Assembly: GCF_004010195.1 (NCBI RefSeq)
Contig: NC_057759.1
Location: forward strand, 1,223,212 to 1,287,211
DNA from: Chiloscyllium plagiosum
Lineage: Eukaryota
Reading direction: 5' to 3'
Length of the DNA stretch: 64,000 bases
Position numbers and translations under genes: made by a program. The number at the start of each line of letters is the position of its first letter. Position 1 is the first letter of the stretch. The notes under the pieces were generated by a model, which saw only the letters and a program-made list of their open reading frames with translations, was not told the DNA's origin and did not search any database. Below are positions 51,613-64,000 of the stretch, piece by piece.

Positions 51613-51635
51613 ATTGATTTTACCACTGGCCATGT

Positions 51636-51850
51636 AGGGGTTGGTTAGCTCAGTTGATTCTGTAGTTGGCTTACAATATATAGTCACGCTGACAGCATGC
51701 AGTTCAATTGCTGCTCTGGTTGAGATTGTTGTGAGTGATCATTCCCTGTGCCTTAGATGTGGTGACCCTCAAGTTAAACCATAAAACAGTTGTTGCTTTT
51801 TCTCCCCCACAATTCTTTCTCCGTCTTTCTAATGAGACAATGGTGAACTT
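51636..51850 (+). mobile_element. Second tRNA-headed SINE family (other copy 60500-60690)
   Basis: GGTTAGCTCAGTTG head and shared TGGTGACCCTCA.GTTAAACC segment. Confidence 0.6.
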
Positions 51851-51999
51851 ACATTAACGGCCTGCTAAAAACATAACTTTGCTGATTAAAAATTAACTGC
51901 CCTCTTTTTCACTGCAAAATAACTTGCGTGTTTCCTTCCTGCTGCACCATGAGAGTGACCTGTAAATGAAAGAAAAGACATTTTACCAATGGCACGAAT

Positions 52000-53070
52000 A
52001 GAACATAGAAAAGTACAGCACAGAACAGGCCCTTTGGCCCACGTTGTTGTGCCGGGATTTAAACCTAATGTAAAATATAATATGTTAACCTACGCACCCT
52101 TAACTCACAGCTATCCATGTGCATGTCCAGCAGTCAATTAAATGTCCCTAATGATTCTGCTTCCACCACCACAGCTGGCAACGCATTCCATGCATTCACA
52201 ACTCTCTGCGTAAAGAACCTACCTCTGACGTCTCCTTTATACCTTCCACCTAATATCTTCAAACTATGACTTCTCATACCAGTCATTCCTGCCCTGGGGA
52301 AAAGTCTCTGAATATTGACTCTATCTATTCCTCTCATTATTTTGTACACCTCGATCAGGTCTCCTCTCTTCCTCCTTCTCTCCAGAGAGAAAAGTCCAAG
52401 CTTATTCAATCTTTCTTCAGAAGGCAAGCGGTCCAGTCCAGGCAGCATCCTGGTAAACCTTCTTTGCACCCTCTCCAAAGCCTCTGTATCTTTCCGATAG
52501 TAGGGTCACCAGAACTGGACACAATATTTCAAGTGTGGGCTCACCAGGGACTTGTGGAGCTGCAGGAAAACCTCGTGGCTCTTAAAATCGATCCCTCTGT
52601 TAATGAAAGCCAAAACACCATATGCTTTCTTGACAACCCTATCTATTGGGTGACAACTTTGAGAGATCTATGCACTTGCACACCCAGATCCCTCTGTTCC
52701 TCCACACTGCCAAGAATCCTGTCTTTAATCCTATATTCAGCATTCAAGTTTGACCTTCCAAAATGCATCACTTCGCATTTATCCAGGTTGAACTCCATCT
52801 GCCATTTCTCAGCACAGGTTTGCATCCTGTCTATGTCGCGCTGCAGCCTGCATTAGCCCTCTATACTATCAATGACACCTCCAACCTTTGTGTCATCTGC
52901 AAATTTACTAACCCACCCCTCAACCTCCTCATCAAAGTCATTTATAAAAACTACAAAGAGCAGAAGTTATCCCAATGGTCTAGGTATCTGAAGCCCTCCC
53001 TCCTGCACCAGCCTCACAGCCACGTGTTAAGCTGCATTCGTTGACTGTTCCTCATCTCACTATCGCGTGG
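52000..53070 (-). mobile_element. CR1 3' part plus short ORF1 fragment
   Basis: ERVQRRFTRMLPGL...RGDLIEVYKIMRG. Confidence 0.92.
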
Positions 53071-53084
53071 AATCTAAATGAATT

Positions 53085-54095
53085 GTGAGAGGATGCACAA
53101 GGAGATTTACCAGCATATTGCCTTGGGGGCTGGAGAGTTTCAATGATTGAGAGAGGTTGGACAGAATAGTATTGTTGTCTTTACAGCAGAGTGGATTGAA
53201 AGAGAGAGATATATAAAATGATGAGGGGTGAAGATAGGGGAGGCAGGAAGAAATTTTCCCCCCTTGACGGAGGTGGGGCGAGGGGTATATATTGAAGGTA
53301 AGGGCCAGGAGATTGAGGGGATATGAGGAAGATCTTGTTCACCCAGAGGGTAGTGGTGAATCTGGAAGTCACAGCCTGTAAGGGTGGGAGAGGCAGAAAC
53401 CGTCATCAGGTGGATTTAGATTTGCACTCGTGGCGCCAAGGCTATGGGGCCAAGTACTGAGGAAAAGGGATTAGAAAATAGTGAGGTGGTTGTTTCTGAC
53501 CAGCACAGACTCGATCTGCCTTTTTTCTGGGCTGCAGACCTCTCGGAAACTATGACTAACTCACTTTGAGAAGTGCATTCTACATTCAAGATACTATCTA
53601 ACGTGATTTTGTACATTTTGTGTTCAGAGGTGAGGGATTTGTCTTCAAAGAGAGATTGAGCAGTTAAGGCCAATATGCTCTGCAGTTTAGAGGAATGAGG
53701 GGAGTTCCAACGAGGGATGTAGGGTGGTTAAAGGGGGTGGGATTGACAAAGGAGACAGAAAGAGGATGTTTCCTCACGTGTGACAATTTAGAACGAGAGG
53801 GTCATTGTTTCACAAGAAGGGGGTGGGACAGACTGAAAAGTGAGATGTTGAGAAATGGCTTCTCTCAAATGGAGAGGAGGTGGGAATATCTGGGAATTCA
53901 TCAATGTGTGTTTGGCGAGGGTGGGGGCATGTCGGGACACTAATAAATTGAAGGAAGGGACAAACAGATTGTCAATCGGTGTGTGGTTAAAAGGAGTGGG
54001 AGCAGGAAATTGTATTTGAGGCTGGGATGAGATCAGTCACAGCCACAAAGAAAGAGGGAAGCTGGCTCCCAAGGGCTCTGAGCCCGTATGTTCTA
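53085..54095 (+). mobile_element. Two old CR1 3' fragments
   Basis: Degenerate CR1 C-terminal motifs. Confidence 0.65.
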
Positions 54096-54219
54096 TTGGT
54101 CGTCCAGCTGCCTGCACACCTTTTAGTGTGGGTGGCTCATAGCACATGCTCAGAAAGCTCTGAATCTGAGGGCCAAAACTGTGTGATGCATCACAAGCCA
54201 TTAGTCGCTTAGTAGCCAA

Positions 54220-56970
54220 GACCATAGGATAAAGCAGCCATTCAGCCCATCAAGTCTGTTCCGCCATTCTGTCATGGCTGATATGTTTGTTAACACTATT
54301 CTCCTGCCTTCTCTCTATACCGGTTGATCCTCCTCCTGATCAAGAACCTATCCATCTCTGTCTTAAGACATAAAGACATAATGACAGCCATCTGCAGTAA
54401 TGAGTTCCACAGATTCCCCACTGTCTGGCTGAAGAAATTCCTGTTCATCTGAGTTTTAAAGGGAGTTCCCTTCGCTCTGACTCTGTGCCTTTGGGTCCTA
54501 GTCTCTGCTACTCATGGAAACATCTTCTCCATGTCCACTCTATCCGGGCCTGTCAGAATTCTCCAAATTTCAATCAGGTTCTCCATCACCCTTCTAAACT
54601 CCATCGAGTCGAGACTCAGAGACCTCAACCTCTCCTCATATGATAAGTTCTTCATCCCTGGGATCTTTCTTGTAAACCCCCTCTGGAAACCTTCCAAGTT
54701 CAGTACATCCGTCCTTAGATAGGGGGCCCAAAATTGCTCAGAATGTTCCAAATGTGGTCTGATCAGAGCCTTATACAGCCTCAGCATTACGTCCCTGCTC
54801 TTGTATTCTACACCTTCTAAAATGAATGCTAACATTACATTTGCCTTCCTAACTGCCAACTGAACCTGCCTGTTAACCTGAAGCGAATCTTGAACTCGGA
54901 CTCCCAAGTCCCTTCCTGCCTCTGATTTCCGAAACCTTTCCCATTTAGGAAACAGTCTCTGTTCTTCCTACTAAAGTACATAACTTCCCACTTTCCCACA
55001 TTGTCTTCCATCTACCATTTTGTTGTCCACTCCACACTTCCTCAACACTACCTGTCCTTCCACCTATCTTTGGGTCATCAAAGAAACACTCAGGGCAATG
55101 AAATAGCAATGCTCTTTATGCGAATGATGCTAGACCCAGAGCGAATGTCTCATTGCCCCAATGATGAAGGCCAGAAGGGGCCACTCTCAGACATTAAGCT
55201 CTTGAATCGGTCTATTTATCCTATCCATGCCCCTCATCATTTTATAAACCTCTATCAGGTCACCCCTCAGCCTCCAACGCTCCAGAGAAAACAGCCCAAC
55301 CCAATCAAACTCTTCCTATAGCTCAAATCCTCCAACCCTGGCAAAATCCTTGAAAAATCTTTTCTAAACCCTTTCAAGTTTTACAACATCTTTCCGATAG
55401 GAAGGAGATCAGAATTGCACGCAATAGTCCAAAAGTGGCCTGTACAGCCGCAACATGACATCCCAACTCCTGTACTCAATTTTCTGACCAGGAAAAGAAA
55501 GTATATCAAACAACTTTTCCACTATCCTATCGACCTGCGACTCCACTTTCAAGGAGCTATAAACCTGCACTCCAAGGTCTCTTTGTTCAGCAACACTCCC
55601 AAGGACCTTATACACTTACTGGTAAGTCTTGCTAAGATTTGCTTTCCCAAAACGCAACACCTCACATTTATCTTTCTCAGCCCATTGGTCCATCTGATTA
55701 AGATCCCGTTGTCGTCAGAGGTAACCTTCTTCGCTGTCCACCTTCATTTCCATTATATAAATGATGAAAAGTCGTGTACCTAGCACCAATCGTTGTGGCA
55801 CTCCACTAGTCACAGGCCTCCAGTCTGAAAAACAACCCTCCACCACCACCCTATGTCTTCCACCTTTGAGCCAGGTCTGTGTCCAAATGGCTAGTTCTCC
55901 CTGCACTCCATTGCTAATCAGTCCCCCATGGGGGAACCTTGTTGAATGCCTGACTGAAGTCCATATAGATCACATCTGCCGCTCTGCCCTCATCAATCCT
56001 CTTTGTTACTTCTTCAAAAAACTCAATCAAGTTTGTGAGACATGATTTCTCACGCACAAAGCCATGTTGACTATCCCTAATCAGTCCTTGCCTTTCCAAA
56101 TACATGTACATCCTATCCCTCAGGATTCCCTCCAACAACTTGCCCACCATCGATGTCAGGCTCACTGGTCTATTATTACCTCGCTTGTCCTTAACACCCT
56201 TCTTAAATAGTGGCACCACCTTAGCCAACCTCCAGTCTTCCGGCACCTCATCTGTGACTATCAATGATCAAATATTTCAGCAAGAGACCCAGCAATCACT
56301 TCTCTAGCTTCCCACAGAGTTCTTGGGTACACCTGATCAGGTCCTGGGGATTTATCCACTTTTATGCATTTCAAGACATCCAGAACTTCCTTCTCTGTAA
56401 TATGGACATTTTTCAGGATGTCACCATCTGTTTCCCTATATTCAATACCTTCCATGTCCTTTTCCATAGTAAATACTGATGCAAAATCCTCGTTTGGTAT
56501 TTCCCCATCTCTTGCGGCTCCACACAAAGGCCACCTTGCTGAACTTTGAGGGGCCCTATTCTCTCCCGAGTTACCCTTTTGCCCTTAATGTATTTGTAAA
56601 AATCCTTCGGATTCTCCTTAACTCTATTTGCCAAAGCTATCTCATGTCCCCTTTTTGCCCTCCTGATTCCTCTCAAGTGTATTCCTACTGTTTTTATACT
56701 CCCGAACGATTCACTTGATCTCTCCTGTCTATACCTGACATATGCTTCCTTCTTTTTCTTAAGCGAAATCTCAATTTCTTTAGTCATCCAGCATTCCCTG
56801 CACCTACCAGCCTTTCCTTTCACCCTAACAGGAATATACTTTCTCTGGACTCTCGTTATCTCATTTCTAAAGGCTTTCTATTTTCCAGCCGTCCCTTTAC
56901 CTGCGAACATCTGCGCCCAGTCACCTTTTCAAAGTTCTTGCCTAATACCGTCAAAATTGGCCTTTCTCAC
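54220..56970 (-). mobile_element. Two CR1 elements (54220-55080, 55210-56970)
   Basis: LYKALIRPHLE; VPEDWRLAKVVPLFKKG...QHGFVREKSCLTNLIEFFE. Confidence 0.92.
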
Positions 56971-57459
56971 TAGCGATGTTTAAAAGTGGCTGGGCTTTAG
57001 AGGGTTAAGATAAACTAGAGAAAATCTCCACTTTCACTGAACCAAAAATGTTAGGAAAGTATATATATAAAATATATCTACACACTGTATCTTTTACCAG
57101 CATTTCTTATTTTTGAAATGGTGAAAACTGAGTACACCAAACTGCTATCTGTTTTGGAGTCATCTATAATCAAGAAACAATAATGCAAAGTGAACCGAAA
57201 GGTTAGAGATCAGAATGTTAAACCAACAGCAAACAATGCCTCAAACTGATAATTAAGGTCACAACCCCAACTCAGCAGGAATATAAACTAAAGCTCTTGG
57301 CGATATATCGACCTTTCCAAAGCAGTTCACAAACCAGGTGACTCAATAACATCGAATGTGTGTTTTGCATCAACATTCACTACAAAGTTTGTGCCTACCC
57401 TCCCAGAACAAGCTCACATAGGAAGGTAGAGGCCCTGGGGTCATTTACAATTTTTTTTG

Positions 57460-57980
57460 TTACTATTATTCGCTCATGGCACGTGGGCATCACCTACTGG
57501 GCCCAGCAATTATTGCCCAACGCATCCCTAGTTGCCCCCTTGAGAAGGTAGGCATGAGCTACTTTCTTGAACTGCTGCAGTCCATGTTCTGTAGATAGAC
57601 ACACATTGCCCTGAGGGAGGGAATTCCAGGATTTTGAAACAATGACACTGAAGGAACAGTGTTATATTTCCATGTCAGGACACTGAGGGTATAGAGGGTG
57701 GGTGTTCCCATGAATCTGCTGTACTTCTCCTTCGAGATGGAAGTGGTTGTGAGTTTTGAAGGTGCTGCCTAAGGATCTTTGGTGTACTTCTGCAGTACAT
57801 CTTGTAGATGGTACACACTGCTGCTACTGAGCATGGGTAGTAGAAGAAGTGGATGCTTGTGGATGTGGTTCCAGCCAAGTGGAGCTGCTTTGTCCCTCGA
57901 TGATGTCTAGCTTCTCGAGTGTTGTTGGAGCTGCGACTATTCAGGCAAGGGGGGAGCATTCTATCACACTCCTGACTGGA
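57460..57980 (-). mobile_element. 3' end of second LINE family (other copy 62420-62865)
   Basis: SVAAVCTIYKMYCRSTPKILRQHL; tail matches 4148-4342. Confidence 0.75.
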
Positions 57981-58434
57981 GACTGAGATTGTTGGAATGG
58001 CTCAATCAGGGAAGAGTCTAATCATATATATCCCTCTGAGGAACAAAGGAATGAAATCACGACGAATCAATATTGTTCTGTCTTCCTCAGATGGATCCCA
58101 GGGTCTACCCTACAAATTCCAAATTGAGTCATACCCACACAGCCTCCCTCAGATATACAGAAAGCCTTTGATTTTCCGCCATTTAATAATAATTCTCAGA
58201 GTACACCCCCTTGTTCGAGAATCTCAAGGTTTGTAAACAAAATGAATAGTTGCCATTGTATGCCTGTGTTCTTTACTGAACAGTACACAGCTCCAGCAAA
58301 AATAAAGGATCAGAAGGAAAGTTGAAAAGTTGTCTTACAGTAAACAGTGAGTCCCCAGGTGGCAAATAATATCTGTCCCTGCTGAGTTTCTCCAACAGCT
58401 TCTGTGTTTCCTTTTATTTCTGTCATTCATTTCC

Positions 58435-59410
58435 TGAAAAAAGCTAATTGTATGATGGCCGTTATATTGAGAAATCTGGTGTACAGGGATGCAGAAGGGA
58501 TGCTGCAGTTATACAAAACCCTGGTCCGACACCACTTGGAGCAGATCTGGGCACCACACCTGAGGAAGGCTGGATTGGCCTGGGAGGGAGTACAGCGTGA
58601 GTTTAGAAGAATGATACCTGGACTTCAGGGGTTAAGTTACGAGGAGAGATTACATAAATTAAGCCAGAATTTACACGTTTATGGATGATCTGATCAAAGA
58701 GATTAACAGGAAAAGACAGGGTATGGAAATTGGAAGTGTTTCCACTGGTCGGGGATCCTAGAACTAGGGAGGGCATGGCCAGAGAATTAGGGACAGACTG
58801 TTCAGGAGAGATGCTAGGAAATACTACTACGCACAAAAGCTGGGAGAGATTTGGAACTCTCTTCCACAAACAGCAGGCATTACTGGATCAGTTGTTAGTT
58901 TTAAATCTGAGAGATAATGTTTTTGTTCAGCAAAGTTATTAAGGGGAATAGAGGCCAAAGGCAGGTCTATGGAGTCACTGAATAGTGGAGCACGCTGAAT
59001 GGGTTGAATGATCTCCTCCTGCTCCTTTACATGAATATTCCACATTAATTAATCATGGAACTCCCTGCAGTTACAAAGTGGCATTTCCACACACTGGAGC
59101 AATTAGTGATTTCAAATAGAAACTGAAAGTCCAGATATTTTATTTTCACACATTCCAGATCCCCACCATCCTCTGGGTGAAACAATCCTCAAATCCATCT
59201 CTAAACCTCTTACTCTTCAGTTTAAAAAATATAAAGGTAAATGTTCTAAACACCTTCTCAAACACCCTGTCTACATGTGACACAACCTTCAAAGAATTAT
59301 GCACCTGAAACCCTCGGGCTCTCTGCTCTACAACACTACCAATCTTACACTGTGCTAACAAGTCCCCCTCACCTATCAACCTTCTCTTTTGTAAAGGAAA
59401 CAACTCAAAC
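58435..59410. mobile_element. Old CR1 fragments (58435-59030 plus, 59145-59410 minus)
   Basis: LYKTLVRHHLEQIWAPHLRK; VHNSLKV. Confidence 0.8.
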
Positions 59411-59535
59411 TTCCCTCCCCAACACTTCCAGGAAGAGATTTGTTTTTGTGGATCTTTCCAATCAGATGAATACCAGCATGAATGCTGACTAATACGTAAC
59501 GGTGTAGGATCAGCAGCTCACAGATTCATACTCAC

Positions 59536-59790
59536 CGTTCAATCAACTTGACTCGATCTCTGCATGTTCGAAATTTCTTGCAGGTGTGTCCTCACTCGTG
59601 CCCTCAGCTCGATTTCCCATTGTCTCCCCTGGAATGAAATATTTCCAGACCGTTACCCAACTGACTTCCAATCCCACTTGTGACAACAATTTGCTGCTGT
59701 GCGTGTACGAAAACTCCTGGCAACAAGGACACTGAGCCGAAGTCCCATGGAATGTCCTCCTGGAATTGTCCGAAACGGGGCTGAGAACTT
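59536..59790 (-). pseudogene. Exon-like 255-nt segment (phase 1-1, one late stop)
   Basis: AG at 59792-59791, donor ACG|GTGAGT, CpG-enriched unique sequence; no confident homology. Confidence 0.25.
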
Positions 59791-59799
59791 CTATGTTCA

Positions 59800-61890
59800 G
59801 AGAATCATAAAGTTTTACTCTATGGAAGGAGGCCATTTGAGATCCTGAATGAGCTACCCAGGTAGTCCCACTCTCCAGCCCTATCTCTGTAGCCCTCTAA
59901 CATCATCCCTTCCAAATTTATATCCAGCTCTCTTTTCAAACCTCCTATGAAGTCTGCCTCCACCACTCCCCAAAGCAGCACATTCAAAACCCAACAATCC
60001 AAATAAGTTTCTCCTCATCTCACTCTCTGACAATCTTGAAATTCTACCAGCCAGTTACTAATAGACCAATGAGTGGGAAACAAGAATTTACTTTCCCGTC
60101 AGAATTGTTCAAACTTTCAACACCTCAATAAGGTCACCACTTCATCTTCTCTGCTCGAAAGAGAATAAGCTCAATCTCCTGAACTTTTCCCTGCATCTAA
60201 ATTCCCTCATCATTGGTATCATTCTCGTAAATCTCCCTCACATTGTCTCCAGGGTTTGAACATCCTTCCTTTAGTAAGGTGTCCAGAACAGAACAAAACC
60301 AGCCTGGATAATAGAAGGCCAACTTCCTTTGTCAAATGTATTTCTAAATTCAGCTTCTGTTGCCTGTGAAGGTAAGGTGTTACACACATACAAAGAAATA
60401 TCCAACAGATCAAAGGTGCATCTCCAACATGATCTAATATTCTCCATTCAATACTTGTGCTGTCACCTGAATTAATTTCTTTTCTGCCCTCTGCTTTGTG
60501 TTGGGTTAGCTCGGTTGGCTGGATGGCTGGTTTGAAATACGGAATAACATCGACTGCATGGGTTTGCATCTCTCACTGACTGAGGTTACCATGAAGGACT
60601 GTCCTTCTCCATCTCTCCCCTTGTGTGAGGCATGGTAACCCTCAGGTTAAACCTCCACCTACCAGTTATCACTCTCTCCCTCTCTCTAACACTCCAGCTG
60701 AGGTCCACCAGTGTCTTTTATAACTTCAACATCACCTCCTTGTTCTCGGACTCTATGCCCTTATTAATAAAACCAAGAATGCTGTGTGTTTTATTAAATG
60801 CCCTCTCCCTGTTATGCCGCCTTCACTGATCTGTGGACATATACTCCCAGCTCCCTCTGCTCCAAACCTGCTCTAGTTTTTTTTTTACCCCCCTAAATGT
60901 ATTGTCTTTCCATTTCTTTCAACCAACGCCCTTCACCAAATTTGTGATGAATCATGTTTGTCTTTATTTTCGAATGCTCACGAATTAAAACCTTTTTTGT
61001 TAACTCAAACTTAATTTTCTCCCTCCTAGCAGTTTTGCTATTAACTAACAATATAACTCCACAAGAACATCCAGGCTGGCATCAGGTCGAGTCCACTTGG
61101 CCCCTCAGGAACCTGCTCTGCTATTCCATACGATCGCAGCTGATCCCATCTCAGCCTCAACTTCACTTTCCAGCAAACACTCCCTTTGACCCATCACTGA
61201 TTAACAATCTGTCTGTCTCCTCCTCTAATTTATGCAGTGGTGGGGGGTGATGTTCCCACAGATGTACAACCCCCTCATCATTTGAGAGAATTCAATGCTC
61301 CTTACCTCTGTTTTCAGTCTGCCCAGCCCCTTATCATGAAATGATAACCTTTTATTCTAGATTCTCCCATGTGAGCAAACATCCTCTCTCCAACTCCTTT
61401 GTCAATATGCCCTTTCGCATCTTATAACCTTCAGTTAGATCTCCTCTCTTCCAAGCTCCAGAGAAACTGCTCAATCTCTCGTCTAAGACAAACCCTTCAT
61501 CTCTGGAAATGATTGAGTGAATCTCCTCTGAACTACTTCCAGTATAAACTGCATCTGTCCTCAAGTACAGAGATCAAAATTGTACCAGTCTCTTCTCATA
61601 AGACTAAACTTTCATCTGGGCAATTAATTCGGTGATCTCCTTTGAACTCCCTCCAATTCAATTACATCCCTCCTCAAGGAATGGGACCAAATCTGTCTGC
61701 AGTAATCCAGATGTGGAAACCCCAATCCCTTGTACAGTTGCAGTAACAATTACCTACTTCCAAACTCCATTCCGTTTGCAATAAATGTCTTCCTTGTGAC
61801 CTGCTGTAGCCTTTGCACTGATGTTTTGAACTTTTTCTCCTATTCAGATGATAAGTTGCCTTTTTCAATTCTTCCAACTGCAATGGATAA
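59800..61890 (-). mobile_element. Several old CR1 fragments (59800-60300, 60700-60920, 61075-61890)
   Basis: GVVEADFIGGLKRELD; RGDLTEGYKM. Confidence 0.7.
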
Positions 61891-62125
61891 CCTCACCACT
61901 AATGGGACTGACCAACCCTCAGTTCACTAGCTAACGGAAATTGAATGTGTCCTCGATTTGAACTGCTGTGCTTTAGATTTGCAAACAAGTCAGACACAAC
62001 GGGTCATTTGCTCCAATTTGTCTAACTGACGTAAAATTGCTGGGTTTGCACCCCAGAGTGATTTTCAGACCATTTGGACAGTGTTTGAATGTTGTTCAAA
62101 GTTGCTAACCACCTCACTAATTTAC

Positions 62126-62157
62126 CTGTGTTGCCGGGAACATGCGGGAAGAAACAG
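62126..62157 (-). other. Putative 32-nt exon (xVSSRMFPATQ)
   Basis: Long pyrimidine tract ttctttctcttattttctccAG and donor CAG|GTAAAT. Confidence 0.4.
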
Positions 62158-63037
62158 CTGGAGAAAATAAGAGAAAGAACATAGGAAAGTTTTACTGTAA
62201 ATATTCAGCTTCTCCTGCTAGTAAATGAATCTGGATTATTTGACTGATGCGCAAGCAACGATTATTCCAATTTTAACCTTTAGTTTATATCTGTGCTGAC
62301 CATTCCTCTGAACACAGCACATTTCTTTATATGTCTCCCCAAGTAATTTCGTCTGCCACTTGTTCAGCCTGCCCACATCCTCATAATGCACATTCCCAAA
62401 TAGTGCTTTATTTCTTTTTTAATTCACTGGTGGGTTGTGAAAATCACTGGCTGGGCCGAGAATTTATTATCCAAGCCTAGTTGGTCCCTTGAGAAGAAGG
62501 TAATGAGCTGCCTTCTTGAACCACTGCAGTCCCTGTGCTGTAGGTAGACCCACGACACCATTAGAGAAGGAACTACAGGATTTTGACCCAGCGACACTAA
62601 ATGAATGCTGATATATTTCCAAGTTGGGATGGTGAGTGGCTCTGAGGGAAACTTGCAGGAGGTGGTATTCTCACGTACCTGCTGTGCATGTCCTTCTCGA
62701 TGGACGTCTTTGTGGGTTTGGAAGGTGCTGCCTGAGGATCTTTGGTGAATTTCTGAAGGGCATCTCGTAGCTACTACTGAGCACAGGTGGTAGAGAGAAT
62801 GGATGTGGTGTCAATTAAGCAGGGGCTGTGTTGTCCCTGAATGGTGTTCGGCTTCTCAAGTGTGGTCTACAAGGTGCACTGCAGAAGTGACTGAGTGAGT
62901 GCACACGTGAAAGTATGTGTAAGTGTCAATGAGAATGTGTGTGTGTGTCTCTCTCTCTCACAGACATGCACACTTTCACACTCTCACTCAAACGCACTCA
63001 TACACATACTCTCTCATACGCACACATTCATATACTA

Positions 63038-63135
63038 TGTGAGCAACGTCAGTTTGAAACCCACATCGAGTGCCAACTGGAGAATGATCGCCAGGGTCTA
63101 CCTGCTGGAGTGTCTCACCCATCTTGTCTTCAATT
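63038..63135 (-). pseudogene. Broken transmembrane-like exon (ELKTRWVRHSSR*TLAIILQLALDVGFKLTLLT*)
   Basis: Strong acceptor ttctctcctcatatttcttcccattaaactccAG; hydrophobic run with internal Lys; stops on both sides. Confidence 0.3.
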
Positions 63136-63569
63136 CTGGAGTTTAATGGGAAGAAATATGAGGAGAGAAAGGATCAGAAACAGGGTACAATGAGTACTGC
63201 CATCTCAGTGCTGTTTGCCTGTGCTGGATTCAGAGAGGGATTTCCTGTCAATGACACCATCCCTTCAGCAAACACCAACCCCAGTGTTTCCTGTTCCCTG
63301 TTGCCCTGACCCTCTGCCAACACTCGTGTCTGTAAAATTCTCTCCAAACCCTCACCGTTGCATTAACATCATTGTTTCTGTGCAGCCTCTCTTCTTAACA
63401 ATATCCCACCGATCCAACCCAAACTATTCCATGCTAAACTCAAAAGATCGCTCTGCACCAATTCTCTCTAAATTGTCAACTAGAAATTACTGTCCCTCAT
63501 TTTCACGGCCTGCATATATCGAGGCAAAACTTCCCTTGTCCTCCACCTGTCAGTGGCAACTGGGCCATT

Positions 63570-64000
63570 CACAGAGAAACATCAAACATATCATCGGGGT
63601 AAGGCCATTCAGCTCCTCTAGCCTGCTCCTCCCATTCAAAGGGATCATGGCTGATCACCCAAGGCTGGTCCCTTGTCTCCCGCACTCTCTCTTTACCTCC
63701 TAAGAACTCAATCCAACTCCTTCCTGAACAACATTCAGTATTCTGGCCCTGATGCTTTCTGTGGCAGAGAATTCTACAGGCTCCCCACTCTCTGGATGAA
63801 GACATTTCTCCCCATCTCAGACCCACTCCATTTCTTTTTGACCATGACCCCATGGTTCTGGACTCTCCGCCCAGTCACCGGGAACACCCTCCCCGTATTT
63901 ACTCTGTTTCGTCCTTGTTCAAATTTATAGGTTTCTATGAGATTCCCCCTTAATTCTTCTAAACTCCAGTGAATATCATCCTAACCATTCCAGTCTCTCT
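63570..64000 (-). mobile_element. CR1 3' end (runs off window)
   Basis: Similar to 38536-38955 and 54220-54600. Confidence 0.85.

Noticed and set aside
58091..58228. Plus-strand exon-like segment with open phase-1 frame
   Set aside because: Weak donor (GTTTGT), no recognisable peptide, no paralog support

Overview
Eukaryotic, repeat-dominated DNA, most likely from a shark (inferred from HE1-type tRNA-derived SINEs and abundant CR1 LINEs); one 271-nt N gap. No intact host gene is visible, and nearly all ORF-track hits are CR1, Penelope, Gypsy or Rex1 debris or noise. Four non-trivial structures underlie the repeats. (1) A tandemly amplified plus-strand transcription cassette: three copies of an NRF1-type promoter plus first exon (about 5.0, 7.3 and 23.5 kb) and six copies of a 76-82 nt internal exon with invariant splice sites (5776, 8000, 15323, 24069, 25820, 38417), set in multi-kb segmental duplications and a degenerate ~48-bp satellite. 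It is a candidate lncRNA, 5'UTR or micropeptide family. (2) Scattered minus-strand exon candidates at 49-63 kb resembling the 3' end of an immunoreceptor: a terminal exon with an ITIM-like ITYATL and a broken lysine-containing TM-like exon. (3) More than ten Penelope-associated minimal hammerhead ribozyme cores from about four families, one in a 134-bp TSD-flanked insertion. (4) A near-perfect 200-bp inverted templated insertion inside a Rex1 LINE. Repeat boundaries are by-eye estimates; family names come from recognition, not database searches.
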